A DNA stretch of 64,000 nucleotides, from NCBI GenBank assembly GCA_049724395.1, contig JAUGWO010000140.1, forward strand, positions 1 to 64,000, in the 5' to 3' direction. A program made the translations under genes and the position numbers. This DNA comes from Spongospora subterranea f. sp. subterranea. Lineage: Eukaryota. Positions 62,360 to 64,000 of this stretch are shown here, one piece after another. Each line of letters opens with the position of its first letter. Position 1 is the stretch's first letter. Under the pieces are notes generated by a model. That model was given only the letters and a program-made list of their open reading frames with translations. It did no database searches and was not told the DNA's origin.

Positions 62360-64000
62360 ATGATCCGACTTCTCTATCAGGTCTAGGATTCGCTCACTTG
62401 TTGCAGTTGTTCGATATTCATTTTGCGGGTTTCCTCGTCGAATCAGGTTAAATATGAACGAAGTGCGACACATACATTGGTGGTTGCGGGCGCGATTCCT
62501 CAGCTGGGATCATGGGATATTTCTGGGGCAATTCCATTACAAGAATCAGCTCGTGATCCACAGACCTGGCATTGCCAAGTTGATGTTCCGTCCATTGATT
62601 TCGAATACGCTTACGTAATGGTGGCGAAAAATCACGAAGAAGAGAGCATTTGGTTTCCTAAGTAAGTCGAATATTTGATTTATCCTTTGTTGTACTTTCA
62701 ACCGTTTTTAATCTTTATAAGAGCAGTTCCCCGTTTGTTAATCGTATCGTGTGGTATTCAGGCAGTTGATCCGTTTACGAGGAAAGCACAGGGTACAATA
62801 CCACGTGTCCTTCCGCTCCATTGATCTGTGCCTGACATTATGATCCGGTTATATAGTGTGAACCTGTAGTATGTGTAACCGACGACAGGCTGAAATACTC
62901 ATCAAATAGCCTCACAAGGCGCCTTTCAGATCTTGAAAATCGTCTTAGTTTCGTCGGCGAGACCATACATCGCGACAGTAGTGATACAGTTCACACTTCG
63001 AACATGAAGGATGTACAGCAAGTTCTTGAACAACTGCGGAAGCAGTTTGTTCAGGAAGCTGGTCTGGATACTCCGCTTACTCCAGATTTACAAGTTGCAA
63101 TAGTTGCTGCAGATGATGGCGTTAAGCGTGTTCGTAGAGCATGGCTAGCCCTCCACCATGATATGCAAATATTTCGGAAGTCGGTTATTGACGAATCTCC
63201 ATTTATCACGTTGCGGAATCGCATTGAATCCCAACGCAATGCGATGACTCAGTTGGCTGCGGATTACGCCAAAGAAAGGTCGCGAAAGAAGGGCCTTAGT
63301 AGATAAAGTTCAGTCTCTTCGAGGTAAAATTCGGGTTTTGGTTCGCATTCGTCCCCAGCTGGGCTCCGAACTTGACGAAGCTTGTGCCGTCGAACCTATT
63401 GACGACACTTCATTATGCATTCGGGACAAAACATTTTCTTTTGATGGCATTCTTGGTCCTTTTTGTTCTCAAGCTGATGTATTTCATGAAGTGGAAGATG
63501 TGGTGGGTTCCTGTTTGGATGGGTTCACCTGCTCGGTTTTCAGTTATGGTAAGCGCTTACTTTTATTGTTATTCAGTTTTTTGATAATATTTTTTAGGGG
63601 CAACAAATAGCGGGAAAACGTTTTCCATGGAAGGCCCGAAAAATGATCGAGGCGTGAGCTTCAGATCATTGCGACATTTATTTGACCTGAAAGAGCAGCG
63701 TCATTCTACTTTCGATGTATCAATGCATCTAAGCGTCGTCGAAGTCTATAATGATGCTATTTACGATTTATTGGTTCCAGGCGATGATAGACCTCCATTA
63801 GAGATTGTCGCCGCCGCCGGATCTGATGATCGAGGCAGAGTGCTTAATTTGACGTGGTCCGACATTACGTCAGCTGACCAAGCTTGGGAGTCCATATCAA
63901 AAGCCACACAGTCTAGAAGTATTGGAGCGACAAGAAGCAATGAACGAAGCTCGAGATCACATCTGGCAGTTTGCGTATCGGTGCAGAGTTTAGATCGCCG
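62360..64000 (+). CDS. Kinesin-14 (C-terminal motor) with N-terminal CBM20-like domain and coiled coil; runs off the window; +1 frameshift at ~63291
   Basis: LVVAGAIPQLGSWD..AIPL..W..VDVP..FEYAYV; neck LVDKVQSLRGKIRVLVRIRP; YG|ATNSGKTFSM; EVYND; NERSSRSH. Confidence 0.85.

Overview
Eukaryotic DNA with a compact gene layout and many short (~45-90 nt) GT-AG introns. It is consistent with a fungus-like protist such as a plasmodiophorid, but the taxon is an inference only. From ~2.9-19 kb the window is transposon-rich: a foldback hairpin, a decayed Mutator (MULE) element with an Ulp1 protease, a full-length 4.1-kb MULE (9-bp TSD, hairpin-built TIRs) whose GCM/DDE transposase runs into a USP-like cysteine protease domain, a 28-bp satellite and a decayed chromovirus. 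From ~19-56 kb lie housekeeping genes (Arc1/AIMP1-like, EXD3/mut-7-like, SSRP1, HisRS, RPL36, CFIm25, RPL12, actin-related, TIP30-like) mixed with secreted or surface genes (5'-nucleotidase, two ML-domain paralogs, a TTPAP mucin, a STELLO-like double glycosyltransferase, a 3x hevein/CBM18 protein). From 56.5-62.3 kb, nested PIF/Harbinger-type elements are inserted in an 84-bp minisatellite. The window ends in a kinesin-14 gene that appears to carry an N-terminal CBM20 glucan-binding domain. Several genes show single extra bases in homopolymers, probably sequencing errors. All calls come from reading motifs by eye. No searches were run, and exon boundaries are approximate.
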